Source of the DNA: Raja brachyura
Lineage: Eukaryota
Direction of reading: 5' to 3'
Assembly: GCA_963514005.1 (NCBI GenBank)
Contig: OY740806.1
Span: 5,146,001 to 5,210,000, forward strand
Length of the DNA stretch: 64,000 bases
In this document: positions 24,226-34,560 of the stretch, one piece after another
Layout of the letters: each line of letters begins with the position of its first letter
Numbering within the stretch: the stretch's first letter is position 1
Position numbers and translations under genes: made by a program
The notes under the pieces: model-generated
Told to the model about the DNA's origin: nothing
What the model saw: the letters and a program-made list of their open reading frames with translations, nothing else
Databases searched by the model: none

Positions 24226-27200
24226 CTGGAAAACAAATGACAGAGAGCAGGTTTAGAGGAAGCAATCACTGTCTCCCCCTCCCTTCATCCCCCGCCCTCC
24301 GCTGCCACCTTCTCACCCCCCTTCCATCCTCCCCCCTCACTCCCTCCATCTCACCCTTCCTCTATCCTCCCCCTCACCTCGCTCTCTCCCACCCTCTCCC
24401 TTCCCCTCCCTCCAATCGCCCCCCCTCCCGCTCTCCATTCTCCCCTTCCCTCTTTCCCTCTCTCATTCCCTCTCTCCCTCCCTCCTTCCTCCCCTCCTCC
24501 CTCCATTTCCTGCCTCTAGCGTGTCCAAACCCTTAATAATCTTATATGTTTCAATAAGATCCCCTGTCTGTGACTCTGTGACTCTTTGTCTTGGGATTTC
24601 ACCATCCCAGTGGATCACTTACCTTGAGTTCTTCCTCTGTGTTCGCTCTGGGCAGGGTCACTGACGAAGAGAAAGCAGACAATTCAGACAGTAGACAGAC
24701 AGAAAACGCTGGAGTAACTCAGCGGGTCAGACAGCATCTCTGGGGAACATGGATAAGTGACGTTTCACAGAGTGCTGGAGTAACTCAGTGGGTCAGGCAG
24801 CATCTCTGTAGAACATGGATAGGCGACATTTCTGCTCAGGATCCTTCTTCAGACTGTGAGTCAGGGGAGAGGGAATCGAGGGATTTCGACGGCGGTGTAG
24901 AGAGATACAGATCAAAGGAATGAAAAATATGCAAAAAAGTAAAGATGGTCGAGGAAGCAATCCATGGTTGGCTGAGGGCTGGGTGAAAACACAACCCTCT
25001 GTGTGAAAAGCAGTTTCCTCATCTCTGTTCCAAATGGCCGACCCCTTATTCTTAAACTGTGGCCCCGGGTTTTGGACTCCCCCAACATCGGGAACACATT
25101 TCCTGCCTCTAGCGGGTCCAAACCCTTAATAATCTTACATGTTTCAATAGGATCCCCTCTCATCCTTCTAAATTCCGGAGTGTACAAGCCCAGCCGCTCC
25201 ATCCTACAACATATGACAGTCTCGCCATCCCGGGAATTAACCTGGTGAACCTACGCTGCACTCCCTCAATTGCAAGAATGTCCTTCCTCAAATTGGGAGA
25301 CCAAAACTGCACCCAATACTCCAGGTGTGGTCTCACTAGGGCACTGTACAACTGCAGAAGGAACTCTTTGCTCCTGTACTCAACTCCTCTTGTTATGAAG
25401 GCCAACATGGCTTTCGCTTTCTTCACTGCCTGCTGTACCTGCATGCTTACTTCTTGAACCTTTCCCTCAATGTCAGCAAGATAAAGGAGATAGTGGTTCA
25501 CAGACATTGGCAGTGCTGAGGAACAGTCATAGGGAGGCAGCAACTCTACCGCTGCACCACCGTCCCTCCCTAGTCTTTCCACTGGCTGTTTAGCCCGCAG
25601 AACATGGCTTTCCACTGTACCTCGGTACACGTGACAATAAAAAAAACTCACCATGGGGGAAGAGCCATTGTTGAAACACCTTGAGGACCCCGTAAAGGGT
25701 GAAGGCGCAGAGGAGAAGTCCCATGGCGTCCTCCACCTTGGGCCCCGACGCTCCTGCAGGAAGGGCTCGATGGTCAGCACACTGCCCATGACCCCTGACC
25801 CCACACCCCTGAACTCCTACCCACGCCCCTGACCCCACACCCCTGAACTCCTACCCACGCCCCTGAACCCCATACCCCTGAACCCTGACCCACATCGCTG
25901 ACTCCACATTCTGACCCCACACCCCTGACCCCCGACCCACATCCCTGACCTCCACACCCCTGACCCCACCACCCCTGACCCATGATCCCCACACCCCTGA
26001 CCCACACATCCCTGACCCCAGCCCAGACGTGACAGACCAAAGAGGTTCAGTGCCAGCTAGGTTTCGGGGTGTCTGGGGGACAGGATTCCACCCCAGACAC
26101 CAACCCAGCCACCACTGGTTAGCGCCAAGCAGCGGTAGGGGAGGTGAGGAGGTGAGGAGGAGGGGAGGTGAGGGAGAGAGAGGAGGTGAGGAGGAGGTGG
26201 GAGGAGGGAGGGTTAATGAGGAGGGAGGGGAGGGGAGGTGAGGAAGGGTCAGTTCCCTGGTCGTTACCTGCCACCATCAGGGTGATGTTCCTCCTGACAC
26301 CTCCAGTCACAGACAGGTGCTCCACATGACAGGTGTAGACGGCTCCGTGATCCGCTGCGCCGGGCCGCACGTGTACGCCGCTGGTCAAATTGAAAGTGCC
26401 GTCGCCGTTCCTCTGGTGGCCCAGCTGCCAGCTGCCGGGCAGCGGACGGACCCTGGCATCTCTGGCCGCCTGTTGCCACCACGTCACCGTCACGTCCAGC
26501 GGGTAGTAGCCACTCACCTCACACGCAACGTCCTGGGACTGACCGGCAGCCACGTAGAGGGGCGTCGGGGTCAGGACCACATTGGGGGGCTCTGCAGGAC
26601 AAAGAACACGCCAATCACGCTGGCAGTGTCGTGATGAAACGTAGAAACATGGGCTATAATTTGGGGGCGGGGCTGGACTAGCAGTGAGAAGAGGGTCCGA
26701 AGGGCAGATTATAATTCAAGGGGCGTGGGCTAAAATTCGCGGGGCGGGGCTGGACTATCAAGGAGAGGGGCCGAAGGGCGGTTACCTGCGATCTCCAGGG
26801 TGACGGATATCTGAGCCTGCAGGCCGGGGATGTAGACGGCACAGATGTAGGTCCCCTCATGCTGCAGCTGCACGTTCTGCAGCAGCAGCGACGCATCGCT
26901 GCGGCTGTGCAGCAGGTCGAGCTGCATGTGTGCACCCTCCTGTGCCGCATGCACCCTGTCCTGCGCTGCGCTGTATGCGTACACCAGCCGCCCGCTGCCC
27001 TGGAACTGGTAGCGCCACTCGACCGCCACCGGCATTGCCCGCTCCAGCGTGAAGCCGCAGTCCAGCCGCACGGCTCTGCCCAGTCGGGCACGGACATACC
27101 GCACACGGGTAAACACGTTCAACACCACTGCATGGGGGGGGGGGGGGGGCAGAGAGAGGGGAGGGAGGGAGAGAGGGGGAGAGAGATAAGGGGGGGGGGG

Positions 27201-30157
27201 GGTGGCAGAGAGAAAGGGGAGGCAGGGGGTGGTAGGGAGTGAGGGGTGGGGAGAGAGAGAAGGGGAGGGAGGGGGTAGAAAGAGGGGGGTGAGAGAGGGG
27301 GGGGACGGAAGACGGGGGGTGTGAAAAGGGGGGGAGAGTGGTGGGGGGGAGAGAAGGGGGGGTCGAGAGAGACGGGGTTAAGGGAGAGGGGGGGAGAGTT
27401 ACCTATCACCCAAGGAGTATACTACCCACACACTGAACTCCACTTATTCAGTGTGGCAGTCCCTCACCCTCCCCTCCCTCGCTACCAACCCCCCTCCCTT
27501 ACCTCGTCCCTTCTTCAATACTGCCCCTCCCTCCCATATCCCTCAGCCCCCCACATCCTTCAACCGCCCCCTCAACCCTCCCACCTCCATCAACCCCCCT
27601 CCCTCAATACTACCCCCTCTCTTGTTCAATACCACCCTTCCCTTGCCGCTCCCTCCATCACCCCTCCCCACCCTTACCCCCCCATGGGGAGGGGGGTGAG
27701 GGTGTGAACGATCAACAGCTATGGCGCACGTACCTGAGGTTCGGTGGGGCGTGGGCCACTCCTCATGGTCCACCCCACTCTCCCCTTCATTGCCCCTCTC
27801 TCCTTGGGGCCCCACCTCCCCTTGGGGTCCCGAGACCACCCTGTGCAGGCTGGCCGCGCTGAGGGACCCGTCTGAAGCCTCGATGTGGGAGCTGAGCCAG
27901 TGGTGGGCGCGGTAGGCGGGGGTCCTCTGGTCCGGTGCCAGCTCCGATGCCCAACTCACGCCCCCCTCCTGGGGTAGGTAGCGGTTGAGCTCGCACGCCA
28001 GCTTCTCGCTCAACCCCGGGGGGCGAACAAAGCCCCCGTACGCCAGAACTCCCGAGTCATCTGTTCAGCGGCCACAGAGGAAGAAACAAGCAAGGCTTTG
28101 AGTTAGGGGTTCAACCCATCAGACCACTCAGTCCCTCCATCTGCTATCCCATTCAATACTAGACGGGTAGACGGTCACGGTGGCGCAGCGGTAGAGTTGC
28201 TGCCTTGTAGCGAATGCAGCACCGGATACCTGGCTTCGATCCGGACTACGGGTGCTGCCTGTACGATCCCCCAATGACCTTCGTGGGTTTTCTCCGAGAT
28301 CTTTGGTTTCCTCCCACACTCCAAAGACGTACAGGTTTGTAGGTTAATTGGCTTCGTAATTGTAAAAATTATCCCTCATGTGTGTAGGATAGTGTTAATG
28401 TGCGGGGATCGCTGGTCGGCACGGACCATGTGGGCCGAAGGGCCTGTTTCCACGCTGTACCTCTAAAATAAACTAAGCTTGATGTTCACCACTGGGTGAC
28501 GTTATCTCCTCCAGGGTGAGGCAGCATCCATGGGTCATTATCTAAATGGTGTCAAGTTGGGAAAAGGGGAAGTACAACGGGATCTGGGGATCCTTGTTCA
28601 TTAGTCACTGAAAGTAAGCATGCAGGTACAGCAGGCAGTGAAGAAAGCGAATGGCATGTTGGCTTTCATAACAAGAGGAGTTGAGTATAGGAGCAAAGAG
28701 GTCCTTCTGCAGTTGTTCAGGGCTCCAGTGAGACCACACCTGGAGTATTGTGTGCAGTTTTGGTCCCCTAATTTGAGGAAGGACATTCTTGCTATTCAGG
28801 GAGTGCAGAGTAGGTTCACCAGGTTAAATCCCGGGATGGCGGGACTGTCATGTGCTGAGAGAATGGGCTGCGGCTGGGCATACACTGGAGTTTAGAAGGA
28901 TGGGAGGGGGTCTTATTGAAACATGTAAGATTATTAAGGGTTTGGACACGCTAGAGGCAGGAAACATGTTTCTGATGTTGGGGGAGTCCAGAACCAGGGG
29001 CCACACAGTTTACGAATAAGGGGTAAGCCATTTAGAACAGAGATGAGAAGAGAGATGAAAACATTTTTTCACCCAGAGAGTTGTGAGTCTGGATGTCTCT
29101 GCCTCAGAGAGCAGTGGAGGCCGATTCTCTGGATGCTTTGAAGAGAGAGCTAGATAGAGCTCTTAAAGATAGCGGAGACAGGGGATATGGGGAGAAGGCA
29201 GGAACGGGGTACTGATCGTGGATGATCAACCTTGATCACAATGAATGGCGGTGCTGGCTCGAAGGGCCGAATGGCCTCCTGCTGCACCTATTTTCTATGT
29301 TTCTATGTTTATGACACTGACAATAAATAATAGTAGGTAAATAATAGGTAGATGATAAACTGACCAAAGACATCGAGGACCATGCCAGGGTTGAGGTGAG
29401 GGGGCAGGGTGATGTCAGAGGTCGCTGCCCCCTCCTCCGCTTCCTCAAGGGAGTTGACACTCCGGACCACCAGGATGGCTTCCGTCTGTTCCACCGAGCC
29501 GGGGGATTTCCCCCTGCCCCTGGACTCCTCCACGAAGGTACACTCCACCAGCACCCCTGACTCTGGCACTGAGACCACGCAGTAAGCTGCAGAGAGACAC
29601 CACTCTGATCACAACACTCTTACACACAGAGAGGAGGGGGTGGGGGGTGGGGGGGTAGAGGGGAGGGAGAGTGGATGGGGAGAGGGGAGAGGGAGTGGGG
29701 AAAGGAGGGAGGGAGGGAGGGGGATTAGAATGGAGGGAAGAGATAAAGAGGGGAAGCAAGAGGGGGAGAGAGTAATTAGGAGGGGGAGGGGGGCTGAGAG
29801 GGAGGTGGGAGAGAGAGAGAGGGAGAATGGGGGGAAAGGGGGAGAGAGGGAGGGAGAGGGAGGGAGAGAGGGAGGGGGAGAGAGGGAGGGGAGGGAGGAG
29901 AGGCAGGGAGGGGGTGAGGGAGTGAGGGAGGGAGAGGGAGTGAGGGAGGGAGGGAGGGGAGAGGGAGAGGGAGGGAGGGAGGGAGGAGAGGCAGGGAGGG
30001 GGAGAGGGAGTGAGGTGGACCGGGCGCTGTACTCAGCACCAGACCGATGTGCTGCAGCGATGGGCCGGACCGAATGGCCTGCATCGCGGTCCTCACCTGG
30101 CGGGCAGCCGATGGTGATGATCAAAGCGATGCGGGTCAGGGCACCGCGGGCGTCCAT
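24214..30157 (-). CDS. TAPBP: Tapasin (TAP-binding protein), complete 8-exon CDS: join(30097-30157,29365-29586,27734-28060,26786-27127,26268-26591,25652-25753,24623-24660,24214-24225); 1428 nt, 475 aa
   Basis: Manual splicing gives one open frame with GT-AG introns (phases 1,1,1,1,1,1,0). Layout: signal / N-domain (VECTFVEE...ACELNRYLPQ...VSWA) / IgV (LDCGF...EWRYQFQGSGRLV...EGTYICAVYIP) / IgC1 (CEVSGYYP...YTCHVEH) / TM GASGPKVEDAMGLLLCAFTLYGVLK (cf. human GLSGPSLEDSVGLFLSAFLLLGLFK) / tail ending KKSN*. This matches the 8-exon layout of mammalian TAPBP. Confidence 0.93.
24623..24660 (-). CDS. TAPBP: TAPBP exon 7 (cytoplasmic, VTLPRANTEEELK)
   Basis: Acceptor ttctcttcgtcag|, consensus donor AAG|gtaagt; 38 nt, phase 1 to phase 0, like the small mammalian exon 7. 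Confidence 0.82.
24990..25452 (-). mobile_element. CR1 fragment in TAPBP intron 6
   Basis: QVQQAVKKA...RPHLEYWVQFWSP. Confidence 0.85.
25652..25753 (-). CDS. TAPBP: TAPBP exon 6 (connecting peptide and transmembrane helix)
   Basis: Acceptor cttcctgcag|, donor |gtgagt; GPxxED motif and intramembrane Lys typical of tapasin. Confidence 0.92.
25790..26020. repeat. Degenerate C-rich minisatellite (CCCCTGACCCCACA-like) in TAPBP intron 5
   Basis: Repeated CCCTGA(A)CCCC units. Confidence 0.8.
26268..26591 (-). CDS. TAPBP: TAPBP exon 5 (IgC1 domain)
   Basis: Acceptor gtcctgcag|, donor |gtaacg; EPPNVVL...CEVSGYYPLDVTVTW...DGTFNLTS...YTCHVEH. Confidence 0.94.
26786..27127 (-). CDS. TAPBP: TAPBP exon 4 (IgV-like domain)
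   Basis: Acceptor ccccatgcag|, donor |gtaacc; ORF 26730..27128; canonical C...W...EGTYIC pattern and tapasin EWRxQ motif. Confidence 0.94.
27734..28060 (-). CDS. TAPBP: TAPBP exon 3
   Basis: Acceptor gaacag|, donor |gtacgt; DDSGVL...ACELNRYLPQEGGVSWASELAPDQRTPAY...W aligns with human DPAGAL...HCEMSRFVP...KWASGLTPAQNCPRA...W. Confidence 0.9.
28172..28475 (+). mobile_element. tRNA-derived V-type SINE in TAPBP intron 2
   Basis: A-box GGTGGCGCAGCGG, B-box-like GGCTTCGATCC, TTTCCTCCCACACTCCAAAGAC core, CR1-like tail. Confidence 0.78.
28535..29310 (+). mobile_element. CR1 3' fragment in TAPBP intron 2
   Basis: ORF 28620-28895; TTTCTATG tail. Confidence 0.87.
29365..29586 (-). CDS. TAPBP: TAPBP exon 2 (N-terminal domain, first Cys and editing-loop region)
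   Basis: Acceptor tctctctgcag|, donor |gtcagt; encodes AYCVVSVPESGVLVECTFVEESRGRGKSPGS...PPHLNPGMVLDVF (cf. human VIECWFVED...PPPRPDLDPELYLSVH). Confidence 0.9.
29630..30015. repeat. Polypurine (GA-rich) low-complexity tract in TAPBP intron 1; similar tracts at about 27135-27400 and 24270-24505
   Basis: GGGA/GAGG runs. Confidence 0.9.
30097..30157 (-). CDS. TAPBP: TAPBP exon 1, signal peptide MDARGALTRIALIITIGCPP
   Basis: ATG at 30157-30155 in context ggtATGg; hydrophobic core; donor G|GTGAGG, phase 1. Confidence 0.85.
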
Positions 30158-30241
30158 ACCGGCGGGTCTGTCTCTGCCTCTGTGTCTGTGTCTGCCCGGG
30201 GCCGGCGGAGGAGCGGGTTCGGGTCGGTTGTGGACCCAGGG

Positions 30242-30297
30242 CCAATGTGAGCATTCACTTTCACTTTCATGTTCCTGGAACGGCGATGGAAATCCCC
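30242..30297 (-). promoter_or_regulatory. TAPBP proximal promoter module: kB site, GAS, ISRE/IRF-E and inverted CCAAT (Y box)
   Basis: On the minus strand: GGGGATTTCC (30297-30288), TTCCAGGAA (30280-30272), GAAAGTGAAAGTGAA (30268-30254), ATTGG (30246-30242). All four lie 85-140 bp upstream of the ATG. Confidence 0.8.
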
Positions 30298-30429
30298 GCA
30301 CAGCCGCGGTACAGGCTCTGAACTCAAAATAGATGCATGGCTCCCATTCCCCTAACCCACCCCCACTCCCCGTGACTGTAACTTCCTCCCCTCGGGCCCC
30401 TACACCCACAGAAGATCATAGTTGCTGGG

Positions 30430-30890
30430 GTTAGTGTTGTGCGGTGTTCAAGAACCTGATGGCTGTTGGTATGAAGCAGTTCCTGAACCTGGAGCTCACG
30501 GTTTTCAGGCTCCTGTACCTTCTTCCCGATGGTAGCTGCAAGATGCGAGCGTGGCCAGGGTGGTGGGGGTCTCTGGTGATGCTGGCTGCCATTCTGCAAG
30601 ATGCGAGCGTGGCCAGGGTGGTGGGGGTCTCTGGTGATGCTGGCTGCCATTCTGCAAGATGCGAGCGTGGCCAGGGTGGTGGGGGTCTCTGGTGATGCTG
30701 GCTGCCATTCTGCAAGATGCGAGCGTGGCCAGGGTGGTGGGGGTCTCTGGTGATGCTGGCTGCCATTCTGCAAGATGCGAGCGTGGCCAGGGTGGTGGGG
30801 GTCTCTGGTGATGCTGGCTGCCATTCTGCAAGATGCGAGCGTGGCCAGGGTGGTGGGGGGCTCTGGTGATGCTGGCTGCCATTCTGAGGA
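30430..30890 (-). mobile_element. Rex1/Babar 3' end carrying a 58-bp x6 tandem array (30536-30886)
   Basis: ASITRDPHHPGH...LPSGRRYRSLK...RFRNCFIPTAIRFLN. Unit CTGCAAGATGCGAGCGTGGCCAGGGTGGTGGGGGTCTCTGGTGATGCTGGCTGCCATT. Confidence 0.88.
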
Positions 30891-31079
30891 CTCTGATGAC
30901 AAACGCAGCTGTTGTTATTTATTCACCGCTTCAGATGAGAGGGTGAAGACGTAAGTCTAAGCCACCACTGCCATCTACTGGAGGCGTTGTGTGTTGCGTT
31001 TGTTCAATCTCCAAATATAAGACCAGACCAGTAAAATAGTCACGAGTGAAGAGTCTTACTTGCTGCAGCCCAACAATCA

Positions 31080-34052
31080 ATCAAACAAACAAACTTTATT
31101 GTCATTTAGAAATACATCCATATATGCAATTCCAAACGAAATTCCGTTGCATTTGGCTCCCCGTGCAACACGATAATAAACAGAAGGATAAAATGGATAA
31201 AAGGATTAAAGGATAAAATAAACAATGGTGGCAGCCCATTACATGGCATTCAGGAGTCTGATGGCTCCTGGGAAGAAGCTGTTGCAGAACCTTGATGTTC
31301 TGCTCCTTATGCTATGATATCTTTTGCCCGAGGGCAGCAGAGTGAACAGTCCGTGATGGAGATGTGTGGGGTCTTTTATAATACTGCTGGCCTTAGACAT
31401 GCAACGTTTGGTCGCAATATCACCGATTGAGGGGAGAGAAATCCCGATGATTTTTTCCGCTGTCCTCACCACTCTCTGCACAGACTTCCAGTCGGAGGCT
31501 TTACAGTCTCCAAACCAGTCAGAATATTCTCTATGGTGCCCCTGTCGAAAGTGGTGAGGACGGGATGGGGGAGGTGAGCTCTTCTCATCCGGCGCAGAAA
31601 GTGCAACCACTGCTGCGCTCTCTTAACTATTGATGTTAACATCAGCCATGGCTGATCAAACATGGCTGTTTGATCAGCCATGATCATATTTAATGGCGGT
31701 GCAGGCTCGAAGGGCCGAATGGCCTACTCCTGCACCTAATTTCTATGTTTACTGACCACCTTCACATCACTGTCATTGATGTGAAGTGGTGTGGGACTGT
31801 GCCGGTTTTTCCTGAAGTCGATGATGACCTCTTTTTTTTCAACATTCAGGATCAGGTTGTTCGTATTGCACCAGTCCACCAGTTTCACTTCCTCCCTGCA
31901 AGCCAGCTCATTGTCATCCCTGATGAGGCCCACCATTGTTGTGTCATCTGCGTACTTCATGATGTGGTTTGTACTAAACCTGGCACAACAGTCGTGGGTC
32001 ATCAGGGTAAACAGCAGTGGACTCAGGACACAGCCCTGAGGGGAGCAGGTGCTCAGAGACATGATGTTAGAGGTGTTATTTCCAACCCTCACTGACTGGG
32101 GTCTGTCAGTGAGGAAGTCCAGTAGCCAGTTACACATGGGGGTGTTGAGGCCCAATGGAACCAGTTTGCTTATCAGGTGCTGAGGGATAATTGTATTGAA
32201 CGCTGAACTAAAATCCACGAACAACATTCGCACATAAGTGTTCTTCTCCTCTAGATGTTCCAGACTCAGATGGAGTACGGAGGATATAGCGTCCTCTGTG
32301 GAGCGGTTTGGCTTGTAAGCAAACTGGTATGGGTCAAGTGTGGAGGGGAGTCTGGAGGTAATATGGTCCCTGACCAGCCTCTCGAAGCACTTCATCATTA
32401 TGGGAGTGAGTGCTACAGGGCGGTAATCGTTGAGACATTGTAATTTGGATTTTTTTGGCACTGGTATGATGGTGGCAGTCTTGAAACACGATGGGACAAC
32501 AGCCTGGTTCAGCGAGGTGTTGAAGATGTCCATAAGCACATGTTCCAGCTGATCAGCACATTCCCTGAGCACCCGCCCTGGTATGTTATCAGGGCCTGCC
32601 GCCTTCTGTGCGTTCACTCATAGAAACATAGAACATAGAAAAATAGGTGCGGGAGTAGGCCATTCGGCCCTTCGAGCCTGCACCGCCATTCAATGTGATC
32701 ATGGCTGATCATCCAACTCAGTATCCCGTACCTGCCTTCTCTCCATACCCCCTGATCCCTTTAGCCACAAGTGCCACATCTAACGCCCTCTTAAATATAG
32801 CCAATGAACTGGCCTCAACTACCTTCTGTGGCAGAGAATTCCAGAGACTCACCACTCTCTGTGTAAAGAATGTTTTCCTCATCTCGGTCCTAAAGGAATT
32901 CCCCCTTATCCTTAGACTGTGACCCCTTGTTCTGGACTCCCACAACATCAGGAACAATCTTCCAGCATCTAGCTTGTCCAACTCCTTTTAGGGTCCTCCG
33001 TGCATCCACTATGTCAAGACTGAGTGCCTGTTCATCACAGTGAGGAATACCTTTACTTGCAGGTGTGTTATTGAATGCCTCTAACCGTCCAAAATAGTTG
33101 TTGAGTTCATTGAGGAACTCAATGTTGTCATCACAGGGTGGTGGAACAGTCTTATAGTCTGTGATTGTTTTGATTCCCTGCCACATGCGCCTGGTGTTCA
33201 TGGGGTCATGGAAGAAGCTCTGGATTTTATGACCATGGGCACGCTTGGCCACCTGATGCCTCGGTTCAGGTTGGCTCTTGCGGATCTGAGTGCCACCACA
33301 TCACCGGATTTGAATGCGGCATTTCGTGCTCTCAGCATTCCACGTAACTCAGGGGTCATCCAGGGTTTCTGGTTGGCCTGTATAGTGATGGTCTTGGTGA
33401 CACAGACACAGTGTACTCCTCCAGGTTGATGTGTTGACTGACAGTTGCAGCCTTCTTGAACATGTCCCAGTCCGTGCATTCAAAGCAGTCCTGTAGTGTT
33501 GTCTTAGCTCCCTCTGGCCAGACACTGACCTGCTTCACAGTAGGTTTTTCTCTGGTAAGCAGGGGCCTCTATGAAGTAATTAGCATCACAGAGATATGGT
33601 CTGAGGAGCCAAGGTGGGGGTGGGGGTCTGCCTTGAATGCCTTCTTGGTAGGGTAGGTCCAGTGTGTTCACCTTTGTATAGGGTAGGTCCAGTGTGTTCA
33701 CTCCCCTGGTTGCAAAGTCTACATGCTGGTAGTAATGTGGGAGAACAGTCTTCATGTTGGCCTGGTTAAAATCCCCAGCAACAATGAAAACACCATCTGG
33801 ATGTATAGATTGCAAGTCACTGATAGAACGATAAAGAGCATTCAGGGCCTCCTTAGTGTCTGCACTGGGGGGGATGTACACGGCTGTGATGGTTTATAAT
33901 GGTAAATTCCCTGGGCAGATACAAGGGTCTGCATTTTATTGTAAAAAACTCAATGTCTGGGGAGCAATGATTTGAGATCACTGATGCATTTTTACACCAG
34001 CTGTTATTAGTGTAAATGCACACACCACCACCCCGGGATTTCCCACTGAGAG
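31080..34052 (-). mobile_element. Rex1/Babar LINE (EN to RT to 3' end), interrupted by CR1 pieces at about 31640-31750 and 32620-32981
   Basis: EN: GKSRGGGVCIY, VYIPP, VAGDFN. RT ORF 31736-32617 (YADD). C-terminus LLPSGKRY...SFFPGAIRLLN. Confidence 0.9.
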
Positions 34053-34412
34053 CATAGAAACATAGAAACATAGAAAAATAGGTGCAGGAGTAGGCCATTC
34101 GGCCCTTCGAGCCTGCACCGCCATTCAATGTGATCATGGCTGATCATCCAACTCAGTATCCCGTACCTGCCTTCTCTCCATACCCCCTGTTCCCTTTAGC
34201 CACAAGTGCCACATCTAACGCCCTCTTAAATATAGCCAATGAACTGGCCTCAACTACCTTCTGTGGCAGAGAATTCCAGAGACTCACCACTCTCTGTGTA
34301 AAGAATGTTTTCCTCATTTCGGTCCTAAAGGAATTCCCCCTTATCCTTAGACTGTGACCCCTTGTTCTGGACTCCCCCAACATCGGGAACAATCTTCCAG
34401 CATCTAGCTTTC
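34053..34412 (-). mobile_element. CR1 3' fragment (young; near-identical to 32620-32981 and 52572-52940)
   Basis: Direct sequence similarity; (CATAGAAA)n tail on the + strand. Confidence 0.9.
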
Positions 34413-34467
34413 CAAAATTGGAAATTAAATGACAATGCCATGAGAGGTTTGACCTGCCCTGTGGCTG

Positions 34468-34560
34468 AAATGGATTGACTTGACATGAAGTGGATTGACT
34501 TGACGTCATGTGGATTGACTTGACGTGAAGTGGATTGACTTGACTTGACTTGAAATAGAT
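34468..34560. repeat. 20-bp tandem repeat (TGGATTGACTTGACATGAAG), about 4 copies
   Basis: Read directly from the sequence. Confidence 0.85.

Noticed and set aside
27768-27830. Separate collagen gene exon
   Set aside because: Only seven triplets, in frame within tapasin exon 3, with no independent splice sites or other collagen exons.
28172-28260. tRNA gene (also about 50140 and 59940)
   Set aside because: A/B boxes are followed by SINE body and LINE-like tail; no complete cloverleaf is evident.
24214-30157. Calling the gene TAPBPR/TAPBPL or a generic Ig/MHC chain
   Set aside because: The GPxxED-TM-Lys exon, KKxx tail split over two small exons and the WAxxL segment in exon 3 are TAPBP features.
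29609-30409. Long Pro/Ser-rich or Gly/Glu-rich ORFs (266 aa minus, 230 aa plus)
   Set aside because: Stop-free only because of the GA low-complexity tract; only the 61-nt TAPBP exon 1 inside is supported.
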